From NCBI GenBank assembly GCA_951406725.2, contig OX597832.1:13764001-13828000 (forward strand): 64,000 nucleotides of DNA. Reading direction: 5' to 3'. Made by a program: the position numbers and the translations under genes. This stretch comes from Octopus vulgaris (lineage: Eukaryota). The notes under the pieces are model-generated. The model ran no database searches. It worked only from the letters and a program-made list of their open reading frames with translations, and was not told the origin of the DNA. Shown here piece after piece: positions 12,641 through 27,414 of this stretch (within the stretch, counting starts at the first letter, position 1; each line of letters starts with the position of its first letter).

Positions 12641-14852
12641 TACAGGAACACCTCTAGGGTTAATCGAGGAGCTTTACTATCTGAGATTTCCCTAAAATCC
12701 AAGGAGCAAGTGCCCTCTCCAATTCCTTCACTCCGACTCAGAAGCCTACTCTTAGAAAGGTACCATCCACTCTTGCCATTTTCGCAACTTCATCCACCTT
12801 TGAATAATAATAATAATTATATTAACAATAACACGCATAATCAAATATCTATATACATATATCTCGTACACATAGAGAAATATAAACAGTGCTTCAGACA
12901 CTAGATATCGTTTCTAGGTATCGTTTAATTGCTGTGAACTGATACCTAGAAACATTGCAGTGTACTTAGGAACGTACTGAGTTTACATCTACTAACTTAT
13001 TCATAGTAAATCAACAAAAGTGGAAACAGGTGGTCGTGTCGTGTATGTCAGTAAAATGTAGATGTATAAGCGTTGTGTATGTCAGTAAAATATAGATGTT
13101 TTAATATAGCTGTACAAGCGGTAAAAAGGGCATAATCAGATTTTGTAAAAAGATGACATTTTTGTCATTTTAAAAACACTTGTGTGCATGTATGTCGGCA
13201 ACAAAAGAGTGTGTATATATGTCGTGTATGTTTGTGTGTGTACGTGTACGTGCGTCTGTGTGCGTATTTGCGTACACATAACTTCGTCTCCCTCTGTCTG
13301 TAAGCTTTGACTCTTGTTTACGAGTGTTATTCATTTGCCTTCTGAAGACACTGTTAAGCATTATTAGCTTACATAATTAAAAGAATAGCAAATTCGTTAA
13401 CTGCAACAGTTACCAATTAATTTGAAACAGAAAATCTTGAACTCAATGTGTTTTTTTTTTTGTTGCATATATATTTTTTGTACGTTTTATTATTCCTTTT
13501 AGTTTTTCCTAGTTGGTTAGGTGCACTATTAGTTAATTATTCCATCCTGTTTCAGTTTTCAAGCTTGCACTCAATATTTCTAGTGTCTAAACATCTCCTT
13601 CATTATTTTCCCTAATTATCTCTCTCATTACTCGAATAGAAATCTATGTATTTAGCTCTCTTTCTAAAACAGTGTACGGAACGCCCTTTTGAAACAAATC
13701 AAAAGCGACGATTTCAGAATAGCTAATGATGTTCACATTCATGAGTACTGCCAACTTTTTTTTTTCTACGCGCAATGCTTCGCCACTATGTCTACAAATA
13801 CTTTTGCGCTTTCCTTGCCTCCATATATTTCGCATCTTTTTCCCTTTGCTCATTTTCGAAAGCTTTCCTTTTCTCCACATTTGCGTTCACATAATTCTCC
13901 GTAAAAGAACTTGATTGACTAAAAAGCAAGGATAATCTCAAAAATTAAACGTACAACAACAACAACAACAACACTTGTCCATTAAGTTAATAGTGATGGA
14001 TTGTCATTTAAATATTTAAGAAATTATTTTTCCCATTAAATTTTAGTTTCCGTTGTGTACTAGTTACAAATGCAGAAATAAATGAAATACATTCTGAACG
14101 CATAAGATATTTACTAACCCACTGTAGTTGTTTTATTATATGCAATTACTCCCCTTTTCTTTTGATAAGCGCTTCATCTAAATCTTATTTTTAGATATTT
14201 CCTATCAACATATTTTATAAGTTGTAGCATGTTAGATTATAAAACAACAACTTGCGATTTTCATATATTTTTAGTTAAAATCGCTGAGGAAATGCCACTA
14301 AAGTACAATATTCCAATATCCATTAAATATATGACACCTGTTGTTATTCGTATCGATTTTTTTTGTCATTGATTGAGCGGATCTAATATAAAGAGATTTC
14401 CATCGGTGTGGATGCATGATTTTATGCACACACACAAACACGCAAACTTATACCGCATCGAAAATCGTATAAAATTCGCATTTAAATCCAACGTAATAAT
14501 ACGGTTATAAAAGATTGCAGATGCACTCTTCAACGGACACATTGAAACTATACCCTATCTTTATAGTTTAATTTATATAATAAAAGAAAAAAAATCTCAT
14601 TCGTTCATTCAAACTGCTTGAAGCATGTGAATATGTTCGTGGAAGAGAATCACCTTTACAAAATAGAGACCAACATATTATTAAGATATTTGTTTGTTTT
14701 ACAGTTCTATATATTTTGATTGTTGAAGTTTTCCGTAGTATTAGACGACGCTAGACCTGCATTAATGGACAAAAAACATATACATCTACGCATATCCGGA
14801 CTACGCACCTATAAACAAACTCATGAACTCATGTAAATGTGTGTGTGTGCGT

Positions 14853-14891
<39 letters not shown>

Positions 14892-14899
14892 TATATATA

Positions 14900-15340
14900 C
14901 AGTGGGGTTGAATAAATATTCGTACATGTCAAAGTTCTTTATTTATTTAATTTCTAATGAACGTAAATGGGATATCCCAATACCATGTTTGCATACACAT
15001 GCATAAAATAAGAATATGCAAAAGTAACTAATAAATCATAGTACTAAGGAATTTATATGAATTCATAAATATTCAGGAGTGACAAAAGTATTCGTAGAGA
15101 ATAATTTTATGATTTTCTATGCCACAAAATAATGTTAGAATATTTATTTTTTACTAGAATTTTCTAGTGAATGAATGTTGTAAATGCTGAAAATTCATAT
15201 TCGATGCTTCTATAATCAGTAGAGATACCTCGGACTATTTTCAGTGTGATTAATACAATTATTAAGTATTTTGATCTGGGTACGGATTTGTATGGAAAGA
15301 ATATAATTAAGGATTAAGTCGTTTAACTTCATTCTGTGTT
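14900..15340. mobile_element. Tc1-family terminus (IR/DR type), no transposase
   Basis: TA|CAGTGGGGTTGAATAAATATTCGTAC inside a (TA)n tract, with an inner direct repeat GAGTGACAAAAGTATTCGTA near 15078. Confidence 0.6.
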
Positions 15341-15441
<101 letters not shown>

Positions 15442-15480
15442 TGTGTGTGTGCATTTGAATGGACTGCGTTTAGAGCATCT

Positions 15481-16061
15481 TTTCAGATTGGTTGCCAAGT
15501 TTCAAAAAAATCAAAATTTTTTGAAAATTTTAAAATTCGGATATTTAATGTAGTTTTCTGAGCTGGAATGCTGGAGACATTTCACTTTTTCCAGAAAAAA
15601 CAAATCTTTAAAAGATTATGGCGATTTAAATTTTGATAATTTTCACCAAGTCAGAAAACAGGATTTGGAAGCAGGAATTTTTGTGCGTGACAGCACGTGT
15701 TGTCAACTAAAAACTAATGGATTTTTAGACAATTTTTGCGAATTCGTATTCTACAAATAGTGCGTGGTTTAAGGGCACATCTGATTACCAGCTCATTAAC
15801 AAGAATATATTTGTCAACAAGTACCATATCGCAGAAAAAAGAGTTCTCATGCTTGGCTTATTACTATCGAAAGAGGCATGAAAATGTCTGTGGGTTACGA
15901 TTGGCTAAAATTACCCAGAATATGGAAATTTTAAAAGCTGACAACTCTTTATTTATCGATTTATTGCGAAAAGGCATTTCAAAGCAGTGATTAGCATATA
16001 AAACCATATCATTACACCGAGCAGGAACTGAAGACATTGAGAATTGGCAACCCAACTAAAA
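15481..16061. mobile_element. MITE-like element with imperfect TIRs
   Basis: TTTCAGATTGGTTGCCAAGTTTCAA versus TTGAGAATTGGCAACCCAACTAAAA. Confidence 0.5.
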
Positions 16062-16515
16062 TAATCCCTTTTAGTTTTCCTGCCTATGCTTTTGAAATGG
16101 TAGTTGAATGTTGTATATGTAGTTGATTGGCTCTAATAATGTGTGTGGTATTATAGAAGGTAAAACGAGTCACCAGAATATATTTAATTCATGTGTGTCA
16201 GGGACTGTTAATTGATTTGTGTTTTCATAGTGTTAGGGAAAAATTACTATCCCTGATGCATTAATATTGCTATTTTGTCAAAGAAAAAAATGTTATGAAT
16301 TTGAACAGTTTTCAGCAGAGATTCAATTCATATATTTTATGCAGGAACTTTAGAAATGTCAGTTGAAGCAATATGGAAATTTCTAATCACATAAATGGGC
16401 AGAAAACTTCATTTTAAAAATATATATACATATGTAAGTATAATTGGATATATTTGTTTTGATGTGAGTCTGTGTGTAAGATTGAATGTTTTATGAGGTA
16501 GTATGTATGTGAATA

Positions 16516-16658
<143 letters not shown>

Positions 16659-17820
16659 AATGTAGGATAAAATGTTTTTGAAAAAATTCTTTTCCCCAAA
16701 AGTTAGCATATTAAAGGTTAAAATTATAAACAATTCATAAATAAGGGCAAACAAAACAATTTCTAATGCCAAATATGCCCTTATTTATGAATTGTATATA
16801 TATATGTATATGTATGTATGTACGCCTGCGTATGTGTTTCAGCATGTATACACAATGAAGAGCACATATATTCAAATGTATATACATATTTATATATTGA
16901 CGCATTTGACTGTGGGTCCGTCAGTTGTGACTGACAGGGCAACAATTCTTATGAGAACGTATTTTAATATTTCCTTGACTTTCTACAGAAACAGATTTTA
17001 AACTTACTAGAGAAATAATCTAAATAATTAGCAAGCAAACTGCAATAGATTCGAGATCACATGAACTAGTGATGTTAACATTTTCAAATTTCATTCTTTA
17101 AAAACATTTTTGTCAAAATTTATTTTCATATATTTTCTTATTGATTTAATTTATTTCAATTTGGATAAGCGAATATCTGTTTCTCACCATTTTTAACTTT
17201 CATAACGTGATTCTGATCTCTGATCTCAATATTTATATTCAGAATTATCTCATTTAATATCACCCTTATGATCTCATTCATTATATCACCAGCACTATAT
17301 GTATTTATCACTGATTCTAATTTGGGCATACGGAATACCAATTAAAACAAATTTTAGAGTAAGATATACACAGAATACCTAATGACTTATTCGTGAAAAC
17401 CACTAACTTTTTTGCTAATTTATCATGTGATATTCACTATCACTTCATCTATTTCTCTTGTTTCTTCCTAAATTGTATGTATCTCTAATTAAATCTCTCC
17501 CCCTTTCTCTATCTGTATGTATAGTAGAGAAAATTGGAAAACTATATCTAGGCATCCAAATAGATTCCCGAACGCAGAAACGAAAACATTTACTCAAACG
17601 AGTTGAATCATATATATTTATACACATCAACATAAATCATGCATATACAGGCGTGAAAATTCTCCAAGCGTATAAAGAAGAAAACCAAACATACATACAA
17701 AATATAGAAGAAATATCAATATATATCAATATATATATATATATATAACATCAGATAAATAATATTTACATGTAAGGAGATATACGTGATATAAGAGATT
17801 GAAAACGAATGACGGGTTCA

Positions 17821-17962
17821 TTATTTACATTTGATAGATATTTGTCCTCATCTTGTTTACTGTTAAAACCACGTTTCGGCTGATATACCATTCAGTCTTC
17901 ATCAGGTGTCTTGAAGAAATTTCGAACCTAGGTTCCTCATTCCTAAAGTATTTTTCGATGTT
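17821..17962 (-). mobile_element. HHR-bearing 3' module of a putative tRNA-headed SINE
   Basis: Follows (AAT)n on the minus strand, contains an HHR, and is co-oriented with the tRNA head at 18890-18963. Confidence 0.6.
17865..17910 (-). ncRNA. Minimal hammerhead ribozyme, slightly degenerate
   Basis: Minus strand reads GACAC CTGATGA AGACTGA-ATGGTATA-TCAGCC GAAA CGT GGTTTT, with an ACGT palindrome at stem III. The cleavage site and stem I are mismatched in this copy. Confidence 0.65.
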
Positions 17963-18889
<927 letters not shown>

Positions 18890-18963
18890 TGTCACTGCCT
18901 GGAATCGAACTCGGAATTTTGATGTTAGTAGCCCCCGCTCGTAACTACTTCGCCATATGCCCG
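18890..18963 (-). mobile_element. tRNA-derived SINE head (Pol III A and B boxes)
   Basis: Minus strand GGGCATATGGCGAAGTAGTTACGAGCGGGGGCTACTAACATCAAAATTCCGAGTTCGATTCCAGGCAGTGAC has A box TGGCGAAGTAG and B box GAGTTCGATTCC. The acceptor stem is imperfect, so it is not a functional tRNA. Confidence 0.75.
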
Positions 18964-19109
18964 TGGAATACAGGAATAAAAACGTCAACCTTTGAAATGG
19001 TAAACCACCTAAATCGTCTAGAACTCTTTTATACATTACAAGATAGAAATAACGCTAGATATATAGGTTAAGAAAAAATAAAATAGGGTCCATGAATTTG
19101 TGGATGTTC

Positions 19110-19194
19110 CATCTACGGCCGTTTCCGTGGTACAGTACAGGTCATGGTTAAAAATTAAATACTCTATATGTGCAATGTTCTCTTCATCAGGATG
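19110..19194 (-). ncRNA. Hammerhead ribozyme with long stem II region
   Basis: Minus strand reads CATC CTGATGA (about 58 nt, poorly paired) GAAA CGGCCG TA GATG; stem I CATC/GATG; palindromic GGCC loop. Confidence 0.7.
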
Positions 19195-19464
19195 TTGTCC
19201 TTCTTGGTAAATTTAATCGTACGGTGAAATAGTACAGAATTTATAGCTTCCTGATTTAATGTCATATAACTTTGTTGTCACAAATTAAAGCGGTGAATGC
19301 GAATCGTTTCTTCATTCGTCTTTGAACCTTATGGCTCAAATGCTTCTCTATCTTTTTCGAGTGCCCTCGATGCTCATGGTGCGGGTATATTGCAGAAATA
19401 TCATGGTTCAAGACATCTATTTGAACTACAAAATCCTCACTTAACATGATTCTGTCGCTTTAAT

Positions 19465-19665
19465 GATTTTGCAATTTGGCACAAGGCTACCAATTTTTGT
19501 GGAAGGGTAAGAAGATTATATTTATCCAATGTCTCAACTCGTACTTATTTTAAGAACAATGAAATGATGAAAGGCAAAGTCGACCAGGTTGGAATTTGAA
19601 GAGCCGGACGAAATGCCGCTAATCGTTTTGACCGGCGTGCTAACGATCCTCCTGTTGGCAGCCTG
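19465..19665 (-). mobile_element. SINE family B, degenerate
   Basis: GATGAAAGGCAAAGTCGACC...GGAATTTGAA...CCGGCGTGCTAACGAT. Confidence 0.7.
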
Positions 19666-19719
19666 TGACACTTTAAATATCAATACTAAGCTTTAGAGAA
19701 GTGTGATGATGTACTTCCA

Positions 19720-20020
19720 TGTAATAAACCTTCTAATCTGCAAATTTATACCTCATATTGCTGAAGTAATGCGGCTTCTTTGACTTCAGATCCTTCCAGA
19801 ACATCGGTGGAAATACCAACATAATCCTCTTCAAATCAGGTGTTAATTGCCAGGTTAATCGTTTCTGAAATCCAAATTGTTCTACTACAATCTCTAATGC
19901 TGTCCGATTCAGCAGCAAACTCCTCATTGAGTTAGGCTCCTCAGAACGCATTAAACATGTTCATACTTCGTTTGAGAATCGCGTCAGTCTACTTCCTTCC
20001 AGCATCTCTTTCAGTGCGGA
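19720..20020 (-). mobile_element. Mariner-like transposase relic
   Basis: ALEIVVEQFGFQK...WQLTPDLKRI resembles the mariner linker LG.RK..ARWVP..LT..QK; an upstream stretch resembles D..RSGRP. Confidence 0.5.
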
Positions 20021-20034
20021 TTTTATGCAGGGAT

Positions 20035-20426
20035 ACTCTCTTTTACACTTTTACTTGTTTCAGTCATTTGACTGCGGCCATGCCGGAGCACCGCCTTTAA
20101 TCGAGCAAATCGACCCGAGGACTTATTCTTTTGTAAGCCTAGTACTTATTCTGTCGGTCTCTTTTGCCGAACCGCTAAGTAACGGGGACATAAACACACC
20201 AGCATCGGTTGTCAAGCAATGCTAGGGGGACAAACACAGACACACACACACGTATATACATATATATACATATATACGACGGACTTCTTCCAGTTTCCGT
20301 CTACCAAATCCACTCACAAGGATTTGCTCGACCCGAGGCTATAGTAGAAGACACTTGCCCAAGGTGCGACGCAGTGGGACTGAACTCGGAACCATGTGGT
20401 TGGTAAACAAGCTACTTACCACACAG
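20035..20426 (-). mobile_element. SINE family A, near full length
   Basis: Reverse complement of the copy at 32669-33068; internal (CA)/(TA) tract. Confidence 0.92.
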
Positions 20427-21477
20427 CCCGTCACTACCTGTGAATGTTGATTATATTAATATAGTCATGCCCCTAAGAATTGGTAGCTAATGTCAACCAC
20501 AGTAATTAAGTAATAGTTAATCTTTCCTTTGAATATGAGCAGACACACACCTACACACACATTTGCGCACACTAAATACGCGCATCTACACAAACACCTT
20601 CACACACACCGACACAATCACACAGAGCATATTCTACCAGAAGAATCACTACAACTCTGCCGAAGTTACGTGAAGAGTATGAAAATAAAAGACAGGGCCC
20701 AAGACAGAGTGAGATGTACATAATTTTATATAAATAAAACGCAATGTATGACACCTCGGTCACTAGGGGAAAAATATGGAAAAGAATACAAATGGAGTAG
20801 GAGTGGGTAACAGTCATGTGACCAGCATTCAAAGGTTTCGCTCTAAAAGCGGTGATATTTTAATGAACATAAAACCGCATTTTTAAAGTTCTAAATTGCA
20901 TTAGTTTTATTAGTTTCACACACATATACATGTATATATGAAATTAAATATTTAACGCTCTCGTTTTCAGAATATAAATACATATATGAAATTAAATATT
21001 AAACACGTTTTCAAAATATCACCGTTTCCATAACATATATAAATATTATATGAACAATAATATATTTATAAATAGCTCCATAAATTCCATGGTTCGATTT
21101 TCAATGTTTTCAATATTAGCCTATTTTCTGTTTGCTATTTCGGATGAAAGCCCTCATATTTTTCCAAGTAAAAGATATCATATTTTATGGATTTCATTGA
21201 TAAAAAAAACGTAAATAAACATACGCGCGCACACATCTTCATACACTCACAGAGGCATACGCATACAGACACACACACACACTCACACTTTTTTCAATTC
21301 CACGTAAAACGATTTTACAAACGCACTTTCCCACGGCTTTATCGATCTTATTCTCACTTGCAATCGACTTTTGTAATTTTTTCAAGACCCATACACGATC
21401 CAGCGCAATCGGAGGGAGGATGCCCGATATCCTAGAAGAAACACAGATAGACACGACGGATTTTATATAATAGATAT

Positions 21478-21512
<35 letters not shown>

Positions 21513-21576
21513 AAGCGTGGGAGATAGAGGAAGCGAGAGAAAAAGAGAAGGAGAGAGATAAATGCCTCTAAAGAAA

Positions 21577-21730
<154 letters not shown>

Positions 21731-21734
21731 AGCC

Positions 21735-22270
21735 GCCGAGAAGTACCTCGAGACATTCAGGCAATCCATCGAGCACAAGGGATACAAGCTGGAACAGGTT
21801 TTTAATATGGGTGAGACTGGCTTGTGCTGGAAGAAAATGCCTTCCAGATGGTACACTATGAAGGACGAAGCAAGTGCCCCCAGGTTTTAAGGCTGAGAAG
21901 GATAGAGTGACGCTAATTACGTGTGACAAATGCTGCCGGATTCCTGATGAAACCAAGATTTATCTACAAGATTTATCTACAAATGGCGGTGCCCCAGCAT
22001 GGCCACAGCTCATAAGCTGAAACTGGAAAAATCAAAATCAAAATCAAAATCAAGTCTGCGAACCAGAGGACCATCAAATATAAAAATAAAAACTCGCTGC
22101 CTACCCACGGGATGCACAAAGCCAAGGCCTGGATTACTAAAAGTGTAACTTTAGATTGGTTCCACCAGTGCTTCATCCGTCAGGCCAAAGAATACCTCCA
22201 AAACGAATGCGTCGAATTCAAGGTGTTACTTGTTATGGATAATGCTGGTGGTCACACTTTGGAATTGAAT
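21735..22270 (+). mobile_element. pogo/Tigger (TIGD1-like) transposase relic
   Basis: [23 protein letters not shown]...[13 protein letters not shown]...NAAG..MKP..IYK...KAWITK...DWFHQCF...YL......KVLLVMDNAGGH. Confidence 0.88.
21983..22051 (+). mobile_element. Short SINE/LINE 3' tail inserted into the Tigger relic
   Basis: GGCGGTGCCCCAGCATGGCCACAG...CTGAAAC followed by (AAAATC)n matches the family A tail. It is preceded by a GATTTATCTACAA duplication. Confidence 0.7.
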
Positions 22271-22586
22271 CACTAGCCACCGCTGCTGCCATGCAAAAAT
22301 AACGCTCTTCTCACCACCGTAAAGAAAAATAAACGACATTAACTTCCCATCGCAGTATTCATGAAGTCCTCGAAAAAGGCCTTGCACGAATATACGTACA
22401 ACATCACCTAAAACACACAAAGAAGCGTCAGCTGAAGAGCAGTAAATCTTCTTTGCCATGCAATCATTAACCTCATTATTTTCATCATCGTCTTAAATCA
22501 ATATTATTATTGGTGAGTAACCGTACATTTTACTATATTTTCTATTAAGTTATTATTAAGCATAATCTCTCTCTCTCTCTCTCTCT

Positions 22587-22627
<41 letters not shown>

Positions 22628-22628
<1 letters not shown>

Positions 22629-23383
22629 CAATAAGAAAATGGAGGCGATCAATAGGTGGTTCATCAACTTTTAGACATTATATTATGTTAACCTATTTAT
22701 TTATTTACTAAACATGCAATTACAATTAAATACATACATGTATAACATATGCTTTTCATGTAAAATTACTATCCTTATAACTTATAACTGTTTATATATT
22801 ATATTCTATATAATATCTAATGTGAATAATAGAATGAATCTAATATAAATAATATAAGCAATAACTGATTAATATGCATGCTTATAAATGCAAATATGTA
22901 TGTACATTTCAATATATTTATATAACTATTTATGCATATTTATGTATGTATGTATACAAAAATCTCTATATAAAAGTATTCAAATGTGTGTGGGTTTTTG
23001 TTTATTTTATATCTATTTTTTATTTATAACTTAACATTTTGTACTTTATAATCTCTGACGAAGCCTAGAGAAATACCCAAGTACCTCAAATTCATTTACC
23101 TTTTACTTCAATCTACTTGAGTAATAATTGTAGAATGAGGTATTTTACCTCTTGGCTGAAACAGCTGTAAGTTATTTTCCCAACTTATATTCATGTATGT
23201 TATTTTATACTACTTTCTGGTATCATTATATATTAATATATTTTATATCTTATATGCAAAGCATAATGTGTTATACATGTAAATATTTTATTGCAATTGT
23301 CACTTTCGTAAATAAATAAGTTAACATAATATAATGTCTAAACTTTGATGAATCAACTATGATCCACTCCATTTTCTTATTGC
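22628..23383. mobile_element. Non-coding inverted-repeat element carrying an HHR (PLE-derived)
   Basis: Arms at about 22628-22866 and 23170-23383 are imperfect reverse complements (GCAATAAGAAAATGGAG/CTCCATTTTCTTATTGC; TTTAGACATTATATTATGTTAAC/GTTAACATAATATAATGTCTAAA). Confidence 0.75.
23048..23175 (+). ncRNA. Hammerhead ribozyme with stem II domain of about 96 nt
   Basis: ATAATCT CTGACGA AGCCTAGAG-AAATACC...GGTATTT..CTCTTGGCT GAAA CAGCTG TA AGTTAT; palindromic AGCT loop; GUA cleavage site. Confidence 0.8.
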
Positions 23384-23561
23384 AATATAAATTAATGGTA
23401 AAATATCTCTATACCTTCATCCATTTAGTACACTAGGTAATGTAATGGCAATGCAATAAAAATACTTGCGTATTAATAATTGTGTATTCTTTTAGGGGTA
23501 TATTGAATAGATATTATCCCTTAGTGGGTTTGATTCACAACCTCTAACTTTCTTGGAATTA

Positions 23562-23620
<59 letters not shown>

Positions 23621-23623
23621 CTA

Positions 23624-23704
<81 letters not shown>

Positions 23705-23706
<2 letters not shown>

Positions 23707-23985
23707 AGGCGCAATGGCCCAGTGGTTAGGGCAGCGGACTCGTGGTCGCAGGATTGCGGTTTCGGTTTCCAGACCGGGCGTTGTGATTGTTTATTGGGCG
23801 AAAACACCTAAAAGCTCAACGACGATCCGGCAAGGAAAGGGGGTGTTGATCCCTGCTGTATTCTTTCACCACTCTTTCTCCCACTCTTTCTTCTGTTGGC
23901 CTGCTCGCTTAGCCAGCGGGGTCGCGTCATTCGAAGGCTAAAACAATGCGAACGCATTGTGACAAGCGATGTGTAACTACATTAT
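23705..23985 (+). mobile_element. tRNA-derived SINE family C
   Basis: GGCGCAATGGCCCAGTGGTTAGGGCAGCGGACTCG...GGTTTCGGTTTCC head; the body is shared with the copy at 54222. Confidence 0.8.
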
Positions 23986-24004
23986 GGACACACACACACA
24001 GACA

Positions 24005-24087
<83 letters not shown>

Positions 24088-25749
24088 TCATGGATGGTGG
24101 TTATAGGAGAAATATTTATGTTCATATAAGTTAATATATGATATTTTAAATGTCTATTTCTGGATGTATTTCGTATTCGCTACATGTGGACACTATATAA
24201 TATCCCATGATGTATAACATTGTTCTATTAAATGAAGTTATCTTGAATATCTTCAGTTCTCTCTTCAAAATTTCTTTATCAACTAAGACATACAGCTATG
24301 TTGTTTTTGTTGAATTACAGACGACGTGGGCATATCTGCTTTTATTTCTTTTAAAATGTTTATTTAGAATAATAACGTGACAGGTTGAGGTACTAAATGA
24401 TGACATATCTCATATATGTCACAATCAATTAAGTCGTAAATATATGATTCTGACAGGATTTGTTCGCACGGATGTGACAACAAATTAGAGGAGAGAAAAT
24501 GAATGAGATACAATTTGTACAGAAGAGTATTTCGACTACAATCTTATTCGAATATTCCTCAAGTGTGGCACCAATATAAACATTTTGAAATGCACAATGT
24601 CATTGCGAATTGACACTCTGCTTGCATATATTGTTTAAATTTCCAAATAACAGTTGAGTGCGGAAGCGTAAAATAACAGTTCGCATAATCTTTACAAAAG
24701 TTACAGATCAATTTGAATTTGGCGAATTCCCTGTGCTGTCAAATATTATTCGTGTTAAGCTAATATGCTGGAAATATATGCATTCATTTTTCGTAGTGAG
24801 TATGTACAGCTACCAGATATGTTTAAAGTTGCTCATTATAATTCTGAAGAAGAATTTCGTCTGTTGTGTAAAATTTCATTTTGGAATGCATATTACAATG
24901 AGGTTTAGAGCCAGACTTTTCTTAATTTTATGCAAATTCAGAAATGGAGTCAAAATATGTTGTCTACATCTGGTACGTTTCTGCAATTGATATACGTTTC
25001 ACTTTGTCTAAAAGTGAAACAGCAGTAATATTCAAATGATTTAACTCTCTTTAGAAATATGCTAACGATCCAGAGGTATATATACACTATCTATAACTCT
25101 AAAGTACTTTATCAAATAACAGTAGCCATGCCACCTTGGCTTGTTCACCCAATACAAACTAAGGACGAAATATGCTGTGATGAAAGTATGAAAACACTTC
25201 AAATTTTATCAGAAAATTATATCTACCTTTCTATAGATATAGATTTTGCTGTGGAGAAAATGCATTGATATTATCTAAGATTGTGAAGTAGAGTTACGCG
25301 AAGTTAACACGAGGTACCTCGGCCTCCTCCTTAACCTAAGCTATAACTGTGACTTCCTAGACAGCCATGAGCTTAGTATATTCTGCTCTACCGAGTCACA
25401 GAGGGAAAGACCATCCACCATCGCTTCTGCAGTGAAGAAAAGCACCGCAGATTACCGGGGTAGCTGGACTATATTCACCCAGGACCCTGAAAACAACAAT
25501 CAAGTGGAAAGATTAATTGCATATGCAGTAATGTCTAGTATAAGAACTACCATAAAGTAGCACTTAGTAAAGACTAACAGGAAACTATACATCAATTTAC
25601 TATGGCGGCTGGATCGAATTATATGCGTATAAGGTTCCATTCAGGGTCGGCGAAAAAAATCCTGGGAGTACGTGAATGCCGTGTTCTGAGAATGGCCGGT
25701 ATGTGATTGCGTTTTTGTGTATTTGTTCATGTTTTATATGTGTTGTATA

Positions 25750-25845
25750 GGACTTCCTGATGAGGGGAGTGCCAATTTTAAGTACTATTTTAAGTACTGA
25801 TATGTCTAATATAAATTGGCACATCCTCGAAAGTACATGGACTAC
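25750..25845 (+). ncRNA. Hammerhead-like motif with long stem II and degenerate cleavage site
   Basis: CTGATGA GGGGAGTGCCAATTT...AAATTGGCACATCCTC GAAA GTAC. Stem II is strong, but the UH site and stem I are not intact. Confidence 0.6.
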
Positions 25846-26261
25846 TGTATATCTTTTATTTTTGTAAGCTTGTATATGTATTATATTCTATGTACTATTC
25901 GCCGGAATTTTATTCGTCTTTTGATCTGCCATATTTTTATTTTATTATCATTATATTTATTTCTCTTATTCTAACAGTTTTAAGTGTGTTATATGCAAAA
26001 TGTATATTTATATTTGTATAAGATACTTATATATTATTGAATTTTTAAATGTTTTAAAATGTCGGACTGTTTAGATATAAATTAGTATATAAGATTTGTA
26101 CGTGTTTGGTCTATCTTTGAATTTTGTATTGTTCCTGTGGTTGTTGCTCGCATTGCCTCCCCTTGGATAAAAGAAGTATATACAGCTTATTGGAGCACTT
26201 CTATTTCCAGTCCGTTGTAAATCTTGAGCGTTGTTGTCACTCAAGACATAACTTTATATTT

Positions 26262-26316
<55 letters not shown>

Positions 26317-27230
26317 TGGTGTATGTTTAATGGTTGTAGTTTGCAATATGGATGTATTAGCTTTGCGTATGTTGTCGTGTTGGCATTATTGCTCGTATGT
26401 GAGTGTATATTTATGAATATTTGAATACATATATCTCTATGAGCATATAAATATAGATGTATGGGCATTTTGTGTGTAGGTATAATTATCTGTTAAACTG
26501 CTTGTGTTCGGAAATATGTATACAATTGCATATGTGCGTCGGTTTTCCCTTAGCTAATCTGATGTATTAGTCATGTCATTCAGTTCAGAAACAACGTTAA
26601 TTTTATTTACGACCAATTGTCTAATCCTATAACACGTACGTGGCCAAACAATATCCTACCTTCCCTCTCATTCCCTACCTCCCCTTTCTCTCTCCCCTTC
26701 CTTCCCTCTTATTCTCGCTTTACCTTCTCACTTTTCCAGCCCTTTTAAAGAGTTCTTCAGTATTGCTTAAGCTAATCTTTCTTCTGCCGAAATCAGGTCG
26801 GGTGAGTCATCTGGAAATATTGTCCTACTTGCGAGAAGTTCATATATTTAATTGTTACATGTATTCAATTGATGAAAAGCTATCTTTTTGCACGATGTAA
26901 ATTTTTCTATTATCAATGAAAAACATACATGTAGTGAACCACGGCACATCTCTCTTATCTTTGGTTCACCCAACTGGGAAGCTTCAATATGTTGTAATCG
27001 GGAGTCTGTAGTCGAATACATCGAATGAGTGTGTCCTAATAAGTATTTGATGATACATTGGGATTTAGTTTGATATGTTCGAATGTATTTATAACTGAAA
27101 GGGCATATCAATATTTACTTTAGTTAGTACGTAGATGTCAGTATAGATTTTTGGCTCACAGGTGTATTGTCCCCCGACACTATGTTCGTGCTTTTACTAA
27201 TTAACTATCAGATATTTTCGAACTCTGAAA

Positions 27231-27270
<40 letters not shown>

Positions 27271-27414
27271 TGTCTTTTTATAATGTGCCGGGTTTTAGAA
27301 TATTGTAAATAATAATATAACCCTAAAGCTTATAGCGATCACCGTGCAATGACAAAGAAAAATAGTCTAATAATGGGGAATATAAGCCCTCGACAGAAAA
27401 AAGTAAGCTTTACT

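Noticed and set aside
18890-18963. Functional tRNA gene (also 23705 and 27415)
   Set aside because: Acceptor and anticodon stems are imperfect and the sequences are embedded in SINE-like bodies.
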